DNA of 37,194 nt from an uncultured Muribaculaceae bacterium (GCA_964644815.1 CAZXXI010000001.1:1-37194); one strand, 5' to 3'. Shown: positions 17,223-25,064, numbered from the stretch's first letter. Numbers and translations are program-made. The notes: a model not told the origin generated them from the sequence alone.

Positions 17223-18176
17223 CATGAGCTCCATGAGGAGTTCTTTTTTTTCTTTATCGCTCAAGAAAGAATGTTCTATCGCAGCTCTATTCATCTCGGT
17301 AAATTCTTTTATCGTAAGTCCGAAGTACTTGTTTAATAAGATGTATTCGTCGGTAAGCGTTGTCTTCGTAATAGTTCTATCATCTGTACCGATGACGACG
17401 CTTACGCCTGAATCTATGAGTCTTTGTACTGGATGATTTTGAATCCTATCGACGACGCCTGTACCCAAATTAGCAGTCAAACAAATCTCCAAAGGAACGT
17501 TTAACTTTTTCAACTTTTCCATCGTCTCAAAACTGGTGATAGCCTTCAATCCGTGACCTATGCGCGCTGCACCATAACTCAAAGCCTTATCGATATCCTT
17601 GAAGTCTCCCGTAGCTCCAGCATGTATTACGAATGGTACATCCTGGGCTTTAGCGTAAGCGAACAATTCTTTAAATTGACGCGTAGGGTAGGTTACTTCA
17701 TCGCCAGCCAAATCGACGGCACAGACGCCTTTCTTGCTGAATCTTTTAGCTAAATCTATGATAGATTTATTAACTTCGAAATCGTACTCGCGTTTCATCA
17801 TGAGAATCAGCTTCACTTTCATGGTCGCAAATTCAAAACCTTCCAAAACAGCTTCGACGACCTCTTTGATGCTCATACCTTTCTCTGTATGACTCACTGG
17901 GTCTAATCTCACCTCGGCATAGATGACCGCATCGGCTTGTAAATCTTTAACTAATTCTATAGCAGCTTCCTTCAATCTCGTTTTCGATTGCAATAGAGAA
18001 TTGGCATATTTATAAGCACTTTTATAATCGGCCATATCTCCCGCTTTTTTAAGTATCATACTTTTTTCTACATCGACTTGGTTCTTTCTCGTCCACTTTG
18101 TAACTTTCATAATGTTCAAAGAACTCTCCAAATGACAATGTAGGTCAACCTTTTTTAAACTTTCATATTTTTTCAT
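17220..18176 (-). CDS. add: Adenosine deaminase
   Basis: Metal-binding VDLHCHLE, IGHG, and the C-terminal GTDD motif. Confidence 0.88.
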   Translation of the reverse strand: MKKYESLKKVDLHCHLESSLNIMKVTKWTRKNQVDVEKSMILKKAGDMADYKSAYKYANSLLQSKTRLKEAAIELVKDLQADAVIYAEVRLDPVSHTEKGMSIKEVVEAVLEGFEFATMKVKLILMMKREYDFEVNKSIIDLAKRFSKKGVCAVDLAGDEVTYPTRQFKELFAYAKAQDVPFVIHAGATGDFKDIDKALSYGAARIGHGLKAITSFETMEKLKKLNVPLEICLTANLGTGVVDRIQNHPVQRLIDSGVSVVIGTDDRTITKTTLTDEYILLNKYFGLTIKEFTEMNRAAIEHSFLSDKEKKELLMELM

Positions 18177-18889
18177 TTTATTATAGCCTCCAAAGCAAGT
18201 CTAATCATATCGTTTAAAGAACTCTCGCGTTCTTCACTCGTCAAAACGATATCAGGGGTATATTTACTATCGACGACGGTTACTATACTAGCTGTGTCGA
18301 TACCTGTCAACTCTCCGATGTGGTATAGTCCAAACGTCTCCATTTCGACAGCCGCCGGATTAGTGAAATCGAGAAGTTTGAGCGTTCTTGAGATGTCGCT
18401 GTAGACGTCGAAGATATCGCTCGTCAAAATCTTGCCGAAGTGTACTTCGTGTTTTGACATATCTTTAGATTCGCGAATCTTTTCGATTAAATTTGCACTC
18501 GCCATCATTTCTTTTTTCTCTTCGCCGCTGAAGGATAGGGCAAAGGTCGATAAACTCTTCGCACTCGTCGCAACGACTAAGTCTTTTACTTTGATATTTT
18601 CATCCAACGTACCGGCGCTGCCGATTCTGATAATTTTTTTTACCCCATAAAACTTTACGAGCTCGTATGCATATATTCCCATCGAAGGAATACCCATACC
18701 CGAGCCGATTACCGTCAAGCGTACACCCTTATACGTTCCGGTGTAGCCTAACATATTTCTCACGTCGTTTATAAGAACTGCATTTTCTAAAAAGTTCTCT
18801 GCGATATACTTCGCACGAAGTGGGTCACCTGGCATCAATACTAACGGACTGACATTTTCTTTGTCGGTCACGATATGTACAGGCTCCAT
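18173..18889 (-). CDS. deoD: Purine nucleoside phosphorylase, DeoD type
   Basis: LMPGDPLRAKYIAENFLE..., GYTGTYKG, SGMGIPS, VEMET motifs. ATGA overlap with add. Confidence 0.92.
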   Translation of the reverse strand: MEPVHIVTDKENVSPLVLMPGDPLRAKYIAENFLENAVLINDVRNMLGYTGTYKGVRLTVIGSGMGIPSMGIYAYELVKFYGVKKIIRIGSAGTLDENIKVKDLVVATSAKSLSTFALSFSGEEKKEMMASANLIEKIRESKDMSKHEVHFGKILTSDIFDVYSDISRTLKLLDFTNPAAVEMETFGLYHIGELTGIDTASIVTVVDSKYTPDIVLTSEERESSLNDMIRLALEAIIK

Positions 18890-18914
18890 ATAATCACATC
18901 CTATTCTCTAATCA

Positions 18915-18923
18915 ATTATAACA
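18915..18923 (-). promoter_or_regulatory. Extended -10 (TGTTATAAT on minus strand) for deoD-add
   Basis: The reverse complement of ATTATAACA, 26 nt upstream of the deoD ATG. Confidence 0.4.
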
Positions 18924-18947
18924 AAAAAGACTAGATTGTTCTAGTCT
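18922..18947 (-). terminator. Rho-independent terminator after gatD (minus strand)
   Basis: AGACTAG/CTAGTCT stem overlapping the gatD stop codon, followed on the minus strand by T6. Confidence 0.6.
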
Positions 18948-19654
18948 AAGTTGCCGTTTTTAATAAAATTTTTCACATATCTGTGATAGCTATCGAATTC
19001 GATAGTATCGTCGATTTCTTTATATTCCAATCCCAAATCTTCAAAGAGATTTTTCAATATATAGTTAGTGAAGTAGGGGTTTCTGATGAGTATAGGGCCG
19101 ACAAATGACATGCCGTAAAATCTTTTGTAGCGGATGTTATCTTGGAAGTCGAACATGCGGTCGCCTTCGTTATTTACGATATTGAAATTGCAATTCTTAA
19201 ATCCGACGATATCTCTTCCTTTATCCTCGTCCAAGTCCTTAAACTTATAGAATATTTCGCTTACCAACCTGTTTGTCAATACGGCATTATAATCGAATAT
19301 ACCCAAATAATATACGTCTTTCCCTTTCGGGATTACCAACTTAGTTCCGAATAGAGACATGGCATTGCCAGTTACCAAAAATGTCTTACCAGCTTCTATG
19401 GCTGCTTGGATATCATCTTTATATTTATATAAATCTCCCAAAACCAATAACAAGTTTTCTTCATCACCGCAGCCTATGTAGTAGAGGTCGAATTTTTTAA
19501 AATCTTTCACATCGTCCAGACTCAGTCTCGCGACTTCGACATCGACGCCCTGCCTTTTGATGAACTTTTCTAAAGCTGAAATATTGCCAGATTCTCCATA
19601 GAGATTCATCATATCGTAGTATAGATGTGCTATTTTAATCTTCTTTTTTTTCAT
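18941..19654 (-). CDS. gatD: GatD-like (CobQ-type glutamine amidotransferase-like) partner of MurT; canonical Cys/His apparently missing
   Basis: Overlaps the murT 3' end. Aligns by eye with S. aureus GatD along its length (YYIGCGDEEN ~ FFIGGGSDRE; TNRLVSEI ~ TNRLTGDI; VGFKN ~ VGFEN; GPILIRN ~ GPILPKN). Confidence 0.75.
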   Translation of the reverse strand: MKKKKIKIAHLYYDMMNLYGESGNISALEKFIKRQGVDVEVARLSLDDVKDFKKFDLYYIGCGDEENLLLVLGDLYKYKDDIQAAIEAGKTFLVTGNAMSLFGTKLVIPKGKDVYYLGIFDYNAVLTNRLVSEIFYKFKDLDEDKGRDIVGFKNCNFNIVNNEGDRMFDFQDNIRYKRFYGMSFVGPILIRNPYFTNYILKNLFEDLGLEYKEIDDTIEFDSYHRYVKNFIKNGNLD

Positions 19655-20993
19655 TTCTTGCCTCCAATAGACCTTTTATTATGGCCGTCATGTCGAAACA
19701 TACCATGGTGAATATATTTCCGACCGATTTATCGACAACTTCGTCCAAGAGCGATTCGATATTTTCGACGAGGACGACTTTTTCTTTTTCGATACCCGCA
19801 TACTCTAGCCTCGTCGCCACGTCGTATTGAAATCTTCCAATCAAGAAAATCTTATCTATTCCGTCGTCCGCGAGCTTTTCAAAAGGCACGTCGTAAAGCC
19901 ACGACAAATCGTTATATCTATAGCGCCTGCTGACGTTTTCAAAGCCCATGATGACCGTCTTTTTGCCTTCTTGCATTCTTATATAATTGATAGACTGTAA
20001 ATAGGATAGGGCATTTTCATTTTTACTCTCGAGCATTTCGATAGTTCTATCTTCGAGCATGTACTTCTTGCCGCGTTTAGAATCCATCGCATCTTCATTT
20101 ATCTCTCTTAAAATGTCTTCTTCACTAAGTCCTAGTTCTCTTGAGACGACATAAGCTAAGGTCGTATAGTATACTGCGAAGAAAACTCCCTTGTTCAACT
20201 TTAACTTTTTACCTTGGATTGAGAAAGTCTTTTTCTTGAAGTCGACTTCCGTCGCTTCATAATCCGGTTCTCCTCTTCCAAAAGAGCACACCGGACACTT
20301 ATAGATTCCCAAGTGGCCATAGTGATATGTCTCGTATTCTAACTTCGAGTGACAGCTCGGACAGTAAGCGAAGTCGACCGGATATTCTATCATTTCTTCG
20401 TCGTATTTCGTCTTTGCTACGCCGAAAGTCGTCACCTCACCGCTGTGCGAATAGCGAGCCCTATTTAAAAGTGGGTCGTCGACATTCAGGATTAGACGCA
20501 TCTTTTCGTCGGTACTCTCCATGATTTTATCATATATGAAGAGGGGATGCACATTGCGGGCCGGTTGATCTCTCGTGACATTGGTTATAGCAAAATGCGT
20601 TATCGTGCCCGGTTTGAACAGATCTTTGATGTGGCGCTCGTCCATCTCCAACAATAACACATCGGCTTTCAATTTGTGAGTAAACGGATTTGCATTGTTG
20701 ATGACGAGCGAAGCGACGGCATTTTTGATGTTGCTTCCGTTTTTATTCCAGACGACCTTTTTGCCATTTTTCTCCAAGATGTGCGCAATCATCGCAACGG
20801 TCGAGCCCTTACCACTTGATCCGGTGACGACGACGACCTGCGAAGGATATTTGATGTTGTGAAGTACTTTCTTATCGATATCCAACGCCACTTTGCCCGG
20901 GAACACCGAACCGTCCTTTTTCAAAACGGGCTTTAATACCTTACTGGCCCACGTCACCAGTCTTCCCAAAATGATTGAAATAGTAGTTTTCAT
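19635..20993 (-). CDS. murT: MurT, Mur-ligase-family lipid II isoglutaminyl synthase subunit
   Basis: P-loop TGSSGKGST, four-Cys ribbon CPSC..x18..CPVC, DUF1727-like C-terminus, and a gatD partner downstream. Confidence 0.88.
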   Translation of the reverse strand: MKTTISIILGRLVTWASKVLKPVLKKDGSVFPGKVALDIDKKVLHNIKYPSQVVVVTGSSGKGSTVAMIAHILEKNGKKVVWNKNGSNIKNAVASLVINNANPFTHKLKADVLLLEMDERHIKDLFKPGTITHFAITNVTRDQPARNVHPLFIYDKIMESTDEKMRLILNVDDPLLNRARYSHSGEVTTFGVAKTKYDEEMIEYPVDFAYCPSCHSKLEYETYHYGHLGIYKCPVCSFGRGEPDYEATEVDFKKKTFSIQGKKLKLNKGVFFAVYYTTLAYVVSRELGLSEEDILREINEDAMDSKRGKKYMLEDRTIEMLESKNENALSYLQSINYIRMQEGKKTVIMGFENVSRRYRYNDLSWLYDVPFEKLADDGIDKIFLIGRFQYDVATRLEYAGIEKEKVVLVENIESLLDEVVDKSVGNIFTMVCFDMTAIIKGLLEARNEKKED

Positions 20994-21010
20994 AATTATT
21001 CACCACCTCG

Positions 21011-21019
21011 ATTATATCA
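21011..21019 (-). promoter_or_regulatory. Extended -10 (TGATATAAT on minus strand) for murT-gatD
   Basis: The reverse complement of ATTATATCA, 18 nt upstream of the murT ATG, with SD GGTGGTGA. Confidence 0.4.
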
Positions 21020-21102
21020 TTTTGAGTTACAAAATGCCATATAAAATGAGAAAATGAAAAGTAACTTCTGTCTACTTTTTTCCTCTTTTGTTCATTTTTG
21101 AT

Positions 21103-21143
21103 GAGAAAAATCCAATCTGTCCGGTATAATAATAAGTAGAGGG
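21103..21143 (+). promoter_or_regulatory. Copy 2 of the 41-nt conserved promoter-like element
   Basis: GAGAAAAATCCAATCTGTCCGGTATAATAATAAGTAGAGGG. TATAAT at 21125-21130. AGGAGGA follows 7 nt after the core. Confidence 0.6.
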
Positions 21144-21163
21144 ATCTATTAGGAGGAAAAAAT

Positions 21164-21192
21164 TTGACAAACCAAAATTCGTAGTTTACAAT
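21164..21192 (+). promoter_or_regulatory. Canonical sigma-A promoter of recA (TTGACA-17-TACAAT)
   Basis: -35 at 21164-21169, -10 at 21187-21192, 24 nt upstream of the recA ATG. Confidence 0.6.
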
Positions 21193-21215
21193 TAATCGTA
21201 TAGGAGGTAAAACGT

Positions 21216-22268
21216 ATGAAAAAAGAAACGACTACAGCTAATAAAAATAAAGATAAAGCTTTAGAAGAAGTCATGGCCCAAATCGAAAAACAGTTCGGTA
21301 AAGGGGCCATTATGAAACTTGGAAGTGAAGAGCACATCCAAGTAGAAGCGACGCCTACTGGGTCTTTAGGACTCGACATAGCTTTAGGTGTCGGAGGTTA
21401 TCCAAAAGGACGCATCATCGAAATATTTGGACCGGAATCGAGTGGTAAGACGACCTTTGCCCTAGAGGCGATAGCCGAATGCCAAAAAAGAGGTGGCCGC
21501 TGTGCATTCATCGATGCCGAACACGCATTGGACCCCATCTATAGTAAAAATTTGGGAGTAAATATCGACGAATTGCTATTGAGCCAGCCGGATACAGGAG
21601 AGCAAGCCTTAGAAATCGTCGACGCTCTTGTCAAGAGCGAAGCTGTCAACTTGATAGTCATCGATTCCGTCGCCGCTTTGGTACCTAAAGCTGAAATAGA
21701 GGGCGAGATGGGCGATTCCCACGTCGGATTGCAAGCTCGCCTCATGAGCCAAGCGCTGCGCAAACTCTCTGGCACTATCAACAAAACTTCGACGACTGCC
21801 ATATTTATCAACCAGCTGCGCGAAAAAGTCGGCGTCATGTTCGGAAATCCGGAGACTACTCCCGGTGGACGCGCACTCAAATTCTATGCTTCTGTCCGCC
21901 TCGACATTAGAAAGGGCGAAGCTATTAAAAATGGCGACCAAATAATCGGTAATAAGACCAAAGTTAAAGTAGTCAAAAACAAAGTAGCACCACCTTTTAG
22001 AAGCATCGAAGTCGACATAATGTACGGCGAAGGCGTCTCCAAAGAGGGCGAACTTTTGGACATCGGAACCGACATCGACATCATCGAAAAATCGGGTGCT
22101 TGGTATGCCTATAATGGTGAGAAAATCGGGCAAGGTAAAGAAAACGCTAAAATATACTTGAAAGAAAATCCGGTGACTGCTCGCGAAATCGAAGATAAGA
22201 TTCGCGCTCACTACGAAATAGCTGAAAAAGAAGCTAAAAAAGCGAAATCTAATGAAAAAGACGAATAA
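21216..22268 (+). CDS. recA: Recombinase RecA
   Basis: Unmistakable RecA sequence: GPESSGKTT Walker [10 protein letters not shown] Walker B, L2 loop region. SD AGGAGG. Confidence 0.98.
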   Translation: MKKETTTANKNKDKALEEVMAQIEKQFGKGAIMKLGSEEHIQVEATPTGSLGLDIALGVGGYPKGRIIEIFGPESSGKTTFALEAIAECQKRGGRCAFIDAEHALDPIYSKNLGVNIDELLLSQPDTGEQALEIVDALVKSEAVNLIVIDSVAALVPKAEIEGEMGDSHVGLQARLMSQALRKLSGTINKTSTTAIFINQLREKVGVMFGNPETTPGGRALKFYASVRLDIRKGEAIKNGDQIIGNKTKVKVVKNKVAPPFRSIEVDIMYGEGVSKEGELLDIGTDIDIIEKSGAWYAYNGEKIGQGKENAKIYLKENPVTAREIEDKIRAHYEIAEKEAKKAKSNEKDE

Positions 22269-22270
22269 TG

Positions 22271-22299
22271 GAGAAAAAACTCGCTTTTTTCTCTTTTTT
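22271..22299 (+). terminator. Rho-independent terminator after recA
   Basis: 9-bp stem GAGAAAAAA/TTTTTTCTC, 5-nt loop, T6 tail. Confidence 0.65.
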
Positions 22300-22340
22300 G
22301 TGGTAGTATATCTGCGACAAAAAAAGGGGATGATTTAATC

Positions 22341-23318
22341 GTGCTTAAAACATATCTCAAAGAATGCGGACTGACCGACGATAAAATAGATTACGTACTA
22401 AAGTGTTTAAGACTGAACTATCATAAACACGAGACTGTACTTAGCCATCTCGAAGAAAACGTCACCTATTTAAAAGATTTCGGTTTCCAAAAAAGACAAA
22501 TATGTACGATTCTAACGACTTGCATAGCTATCTATCAGATAACAAAAGATTTATTAGAAAAGCGTTTGCAATATTTTTTAGATAACGGCTTGACGACCAA
22601 AGAAGTAATAAAAATCTACTCTACTAGGAGTCGACTCATCACTTTCAGTATAGCTAATATAGAAGGAAAAATAAAAACATATGTTGCCTATGGCTTCAAA
22701 AGAGAAGAAATATTTGCCCTCTGTAGGAAATACCCCCAAATTTTCACTTTGGCACCCGAGACAATTCTAGCTAGAATGAAGTTCATTATAAGCCTTGGGC
22801 TCGCTAAAAAAGAGGCCATGACTTTGGTCATAAAAAATCCCAGCACTCTAGGTTTAACCGAAGAAAATCTATCTGCTAAAATAGCCGTTCTCTCAGCGCT
22901 AGGATTGAAAAATAAAGAAGTGGCTCTCGTCGTAAAGTCTTTCCCAGGAGTTATGAATCTGACACCAAAGAACGTCCAAAGAAAAATAGCACTTTTGCAA
23001 GAGTTCAATTATAATAGTGAAGAGATTAAAAGATTAGTCGTCGGATTTCCTGCTCTTTTGGGCTTGTCCATCGATAATCTGCGCGCAAAACTCGCTTTAG
23101 TTAAAGACTGTGACATCAAGGATTTAATCGTCAAAAAGCCCAAAAACTTAATGCAGAGTAGAGAATTGACTGAAAGAAGATATCTTTTCCTATCTACCCT
23201 TGAGATTAGCAATTTGAGTTTAGCTAACTATCTATTCGCGACGCCAAGTCGCTTTGCTCAAAAGTTTAACGTAGACGATGAAGAATTGAAGAAAAAATAT
23301 GAAAAGGAGATGCAATAA
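22341..23318 (+). CDS. Helical-repeat protein with about eight 35-aa mTERF-like repeats
   Basis: Repeats such as LGLAKKEAMTLVIKNPSTLGLTEENLSAKIAVL / LGLKNKEVALVVKSFPGVMNLTPKNVQRKIALL / FNYNSEEIKRLVVGFPALLGLSIDNLRAKLALV fit the mTERF pattern (G-f-s..e....v...P.il..s.e.l..k). GTG start with SD AAGGGGA. Confidence 0.65.
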   Translation: MLKTYLKECGLTDDKIDYVLKCLRLNYHKHETVLSHLEENVTYLKDFGFQKRQICTILTTCIAIYQITKDLLEKRLQYFLDNGLTTKEVIKIYSTRSRLITFSIANIEGKIKTYVAYGFKREEIFALCRKYPQIFTLAPETILARMKFIISLGLAKKEAMTLVIKNPSTLGLTEENLSAKIAVLSALGLKNKEVALVVKSFPGVMNLTPKNVQRKIALLQEFNYNSEEIKRLVVGFPALLGLSIDNLRAKLALVKDCDIKDLIVKKPKNLMQSRELTERRYLFLSTLEISNLSLANYLFATPSRFAQKFNVDDEELKKKYEKEMQ

Positions 23319-24304
23319 TGGAAGAAAGTATAACTATGTATAGAGATTACGGCATAACGGAATGGAGAGAGAAGTGTCTAGTTTTGACATCCATCGAAAA
23401 AGCTGCTGTCGAAAGAGATTTGCAAGACGAGATAAACTCGCCCTTAGCCGCCATCGTCAAATTGCCTTTTCCACACTTTGCCGCAATTTATTTACAGAGA
23501 TTCCCAAGTGCTATAAATCTCATAAAAGACCCTGCTATCGGCTATAAACTCTACATGTTATCAGACCCCGCTTTGCGACTTGTCATCGAAGAACACCGCA
23601 ATCCGACTAAAATCCGTTCAACTTTGCAAAAAGAGATGCAAATATCTCCTAACACGACAGATGAAATCGACCAAATATTACACATTCCTCTCGAAGATTC
23701 ATTGAAGATTATCAGTTCCAAAGAAAACAACGTAGTGCGCGAGAAGAAATTTTATTATTTGACCCAGTATATCGATTTAAAGGAGGCCAAACGAATAGGG
23801 CTATCCCAAGCTCTGGTTTTCGAATTAGATGGAGTAGACGGTTTTGAGCTTGAGAAAAAATTATCGCTATTGAATCCTATCGCTAGGACGATAGTAGCTC
23901 TTTCTATAGGGCTCTATGGTGAACATAGACATACTTTAAAAGATATATCCGATTGTATTAAAATACCGCCTCAAAAGATTAAGAAAATACATGACTTTTT
24001 GTTGCCGTTACTATTGAAAACTCGTGGCGAAATGGCGCATATTATCGGTTTAAAGAGTGGAATCTTCGGTATGGACGATACGCGCGAGTATACCAATTTA
24101 ACGTACAGAGAACTCGACATAAGTATGGAACTGGCTTACATCAAAGCCCACTTAAACGAAAGAGACCGATTAGTATTGAGTTCTTATTCAAAAAAAGAAA
24201 TCGATATCTACTTGGCGAGTAAGTATTTATTTAAAACGCCGGCTTCCTTAGCAACTAATATGAGTTTATCGCTTGAAGAAGCCAGAAACAGACTTGGGCT
24301 TTAG
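23318..24304 (+). CDS. Hypothetical protein with two sigma-70 region-4-like HTH segments
   Basis: LNPIARTIVALSIGLYGEHRHTLKDISDCIKIPPQKIKKIHDFLL and LNERDRLVLSSY...ASLATNMSLSLEEARNRL resemble the region-4 pattern L..rer.vl.l.yGl....tl.eIa..l.vs...v.... The start overlaps the upstream stop codon (TAATG). Confidence 0.5.
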   Translation: MEESITMYRDYGITEWREKCLVLTSIEKAAVERDLQDEINSPLAAIVKLPFPHFAAIYLQRFPSAINLIKDPAIGYKLYMLSDPALRLVIEEHRNPTKIRSTLQKEMQISPNTTDEIDQILHIPLEDSLKIISSKENNVVREKKFYYLTQYIDLKEAKRIGLSQALVFELDGVDGFELEKKLSLLNPIARTIVALSIGLYGEHRHTLKDISDCIKIPPQKIKKIHDFLLPLLLKTRGEMAHIIGLKSGIFGMDDTREYTNLTYRELDISMELAYIKAHLNERDRLVLSSYSKKEIDIYLASKYLFKTPASLATNMSLSLEEARNRLGL

Positions 24305-24333
24305 AAATACTAGTAATAGAAAGCAGGTTATTC

Positions 24334-24978
24334 ATGGAAAACGCACAATACCGAAGTACGGTAAAAAAGACTATCGGTTTTTTAGAAAAAGAACGCACAA
24401 ACAATGCAGAAGATTTAAAAAAGAGTCCAAACGGCTTGCCTTCACTTTTTGATGGCATCAAATATTTTGGACCTTGGTCAATAGGTTCTTTCTTATTCGT
24501 CAAAGTTACTTGTCTATTGACTAGCATGGACTTAAATCCCGTACGAGTCTATTCTATACCTATACAGGGTAGCACTCTTTTGTCCCTCATAGCGAGTACT
24601 TATATGTCTACCGTCCTTTTAGGATTATCTATCATATCCAAAAACTATTACGACGATGAAATGCGCAAGAAAGAAGCACTAAAAATATATGACCTATTGA
24701 CCGAAGAAGAACTCGCTCTTAAAAAAGAGGAATATAGAAAACCGAATAACGCCAAAGAAGATGAAAAACTTATCACCCTCGAAGAATATAAGAAGAGAAT
24801 GCTCACACGCAAAAAGATGATACTGACGCTCGGGCAATTTAAAAAACAAGTCTTAAAGCACAGTCGTCAAGGGAATCTCGAAGCGTACTTAATGAGCATT
24901 GGCATTTCTATGGATGAGTTTAGAGATAATCGAGAATTTATAGAGAAAAACTTTCATCTCGAAATAAGTCGCCACTGA
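24334..24978 (+). CDS. Hypothetical 2-TM membrane protein with charged helical C-terminal half
   Basis: Hydrophobic segments FGPWSIGSFLFVKVTCLLTS and STLLSLIASTYMSTVLLGLSII, then a K/E-rich tail. Confidence 0.55.
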   Translation: MENAQYRSTVKKTIGFLEKERTNNAEDLKKSPNGLPSLFDGIKYFGPWSIGSFLFVKVTCLLTSMDLNPVRVYSIPIQGSTLLSLIASTYMSTVLLGLSIISKNYYDDEMRKKEALKIYDLLTEEELALKKEEYRKPNNAKEDEKLITLEEYKKRMLTRKKMILTLGQFKKQVLKHSRQGNLEAYLMSIGISMDEFRDNREFIEKNFHLEISRH

Positions 24979-25006
24979 CAACTTTCTTCACCATCAAGAG
25001 GAGGGG

Positions 25007-25035
25007 TTGTAAATTACCTCATTTGATTATATAAT
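25007..25035 (+). promoter_or_regulatory. Sigma-A-type promoter TTGTAA-17-TATAAT
   Basis: -35 at 25007-25012, -10 at 25030-25035, upstream of yebC. Confidence 0.5.
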
Positions 25036-25064
25036 TATTAAAATAAGAAAAGGAAGTGATTCCC

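Noticed and set aside
21151-21184. 6-codon TTG micro-ORF after the AGGAGGA of element copy 2
   Set aside because: It is too short and overlaps the recA -35 box. It is probably fortuitous, and it is mentioned only as a caution for the 17-codon ORF at 61-114.
21144-21215. LexA/Cheo SOS box upstream of recA
   Set aside because: I searched by eye for GAAC-N4-GTTC / CGAAC..GTTCG on both strands between 21000 and 21215 and found no match. recA is therefore not called SOS-regulated.
21609-22211. 200-aa minus-strand ORF, plus 21539-21880 and 21884-22084, inside recA
   Set aside because: These are antisense shadow ORFs within an unmistakable recA CDS, with no SD and low-complexity, odd composition. 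The same reasoning rejects the other antisense or overlapping track ORFs: 348-2104(-), 2888-3564(-), 4420-4650(-), 4697-5123(+), 5409-6688(+), 8271-8477(-), 9240-9603(-), 10491-10850(-), 11532-13003(-), 13691-14500(-), 15220-15555(-), 16334-16884(-), 17106-17753(+), 18432-18650(+), 19142-19354(+), 20327-20524(+), 21149-21379(-), 22688-23212(-), 23362-23547(+), 24255-24527(-), 25038-25717(-), 28013-28715(-), 29288-29482(-), 29777-30034(-), 30264-31273(-), 31550-32172(-), 32282-33056(-), 33727-34023(-), 34274-34498(-), 35989-36177(-) and 36319-36531(-).
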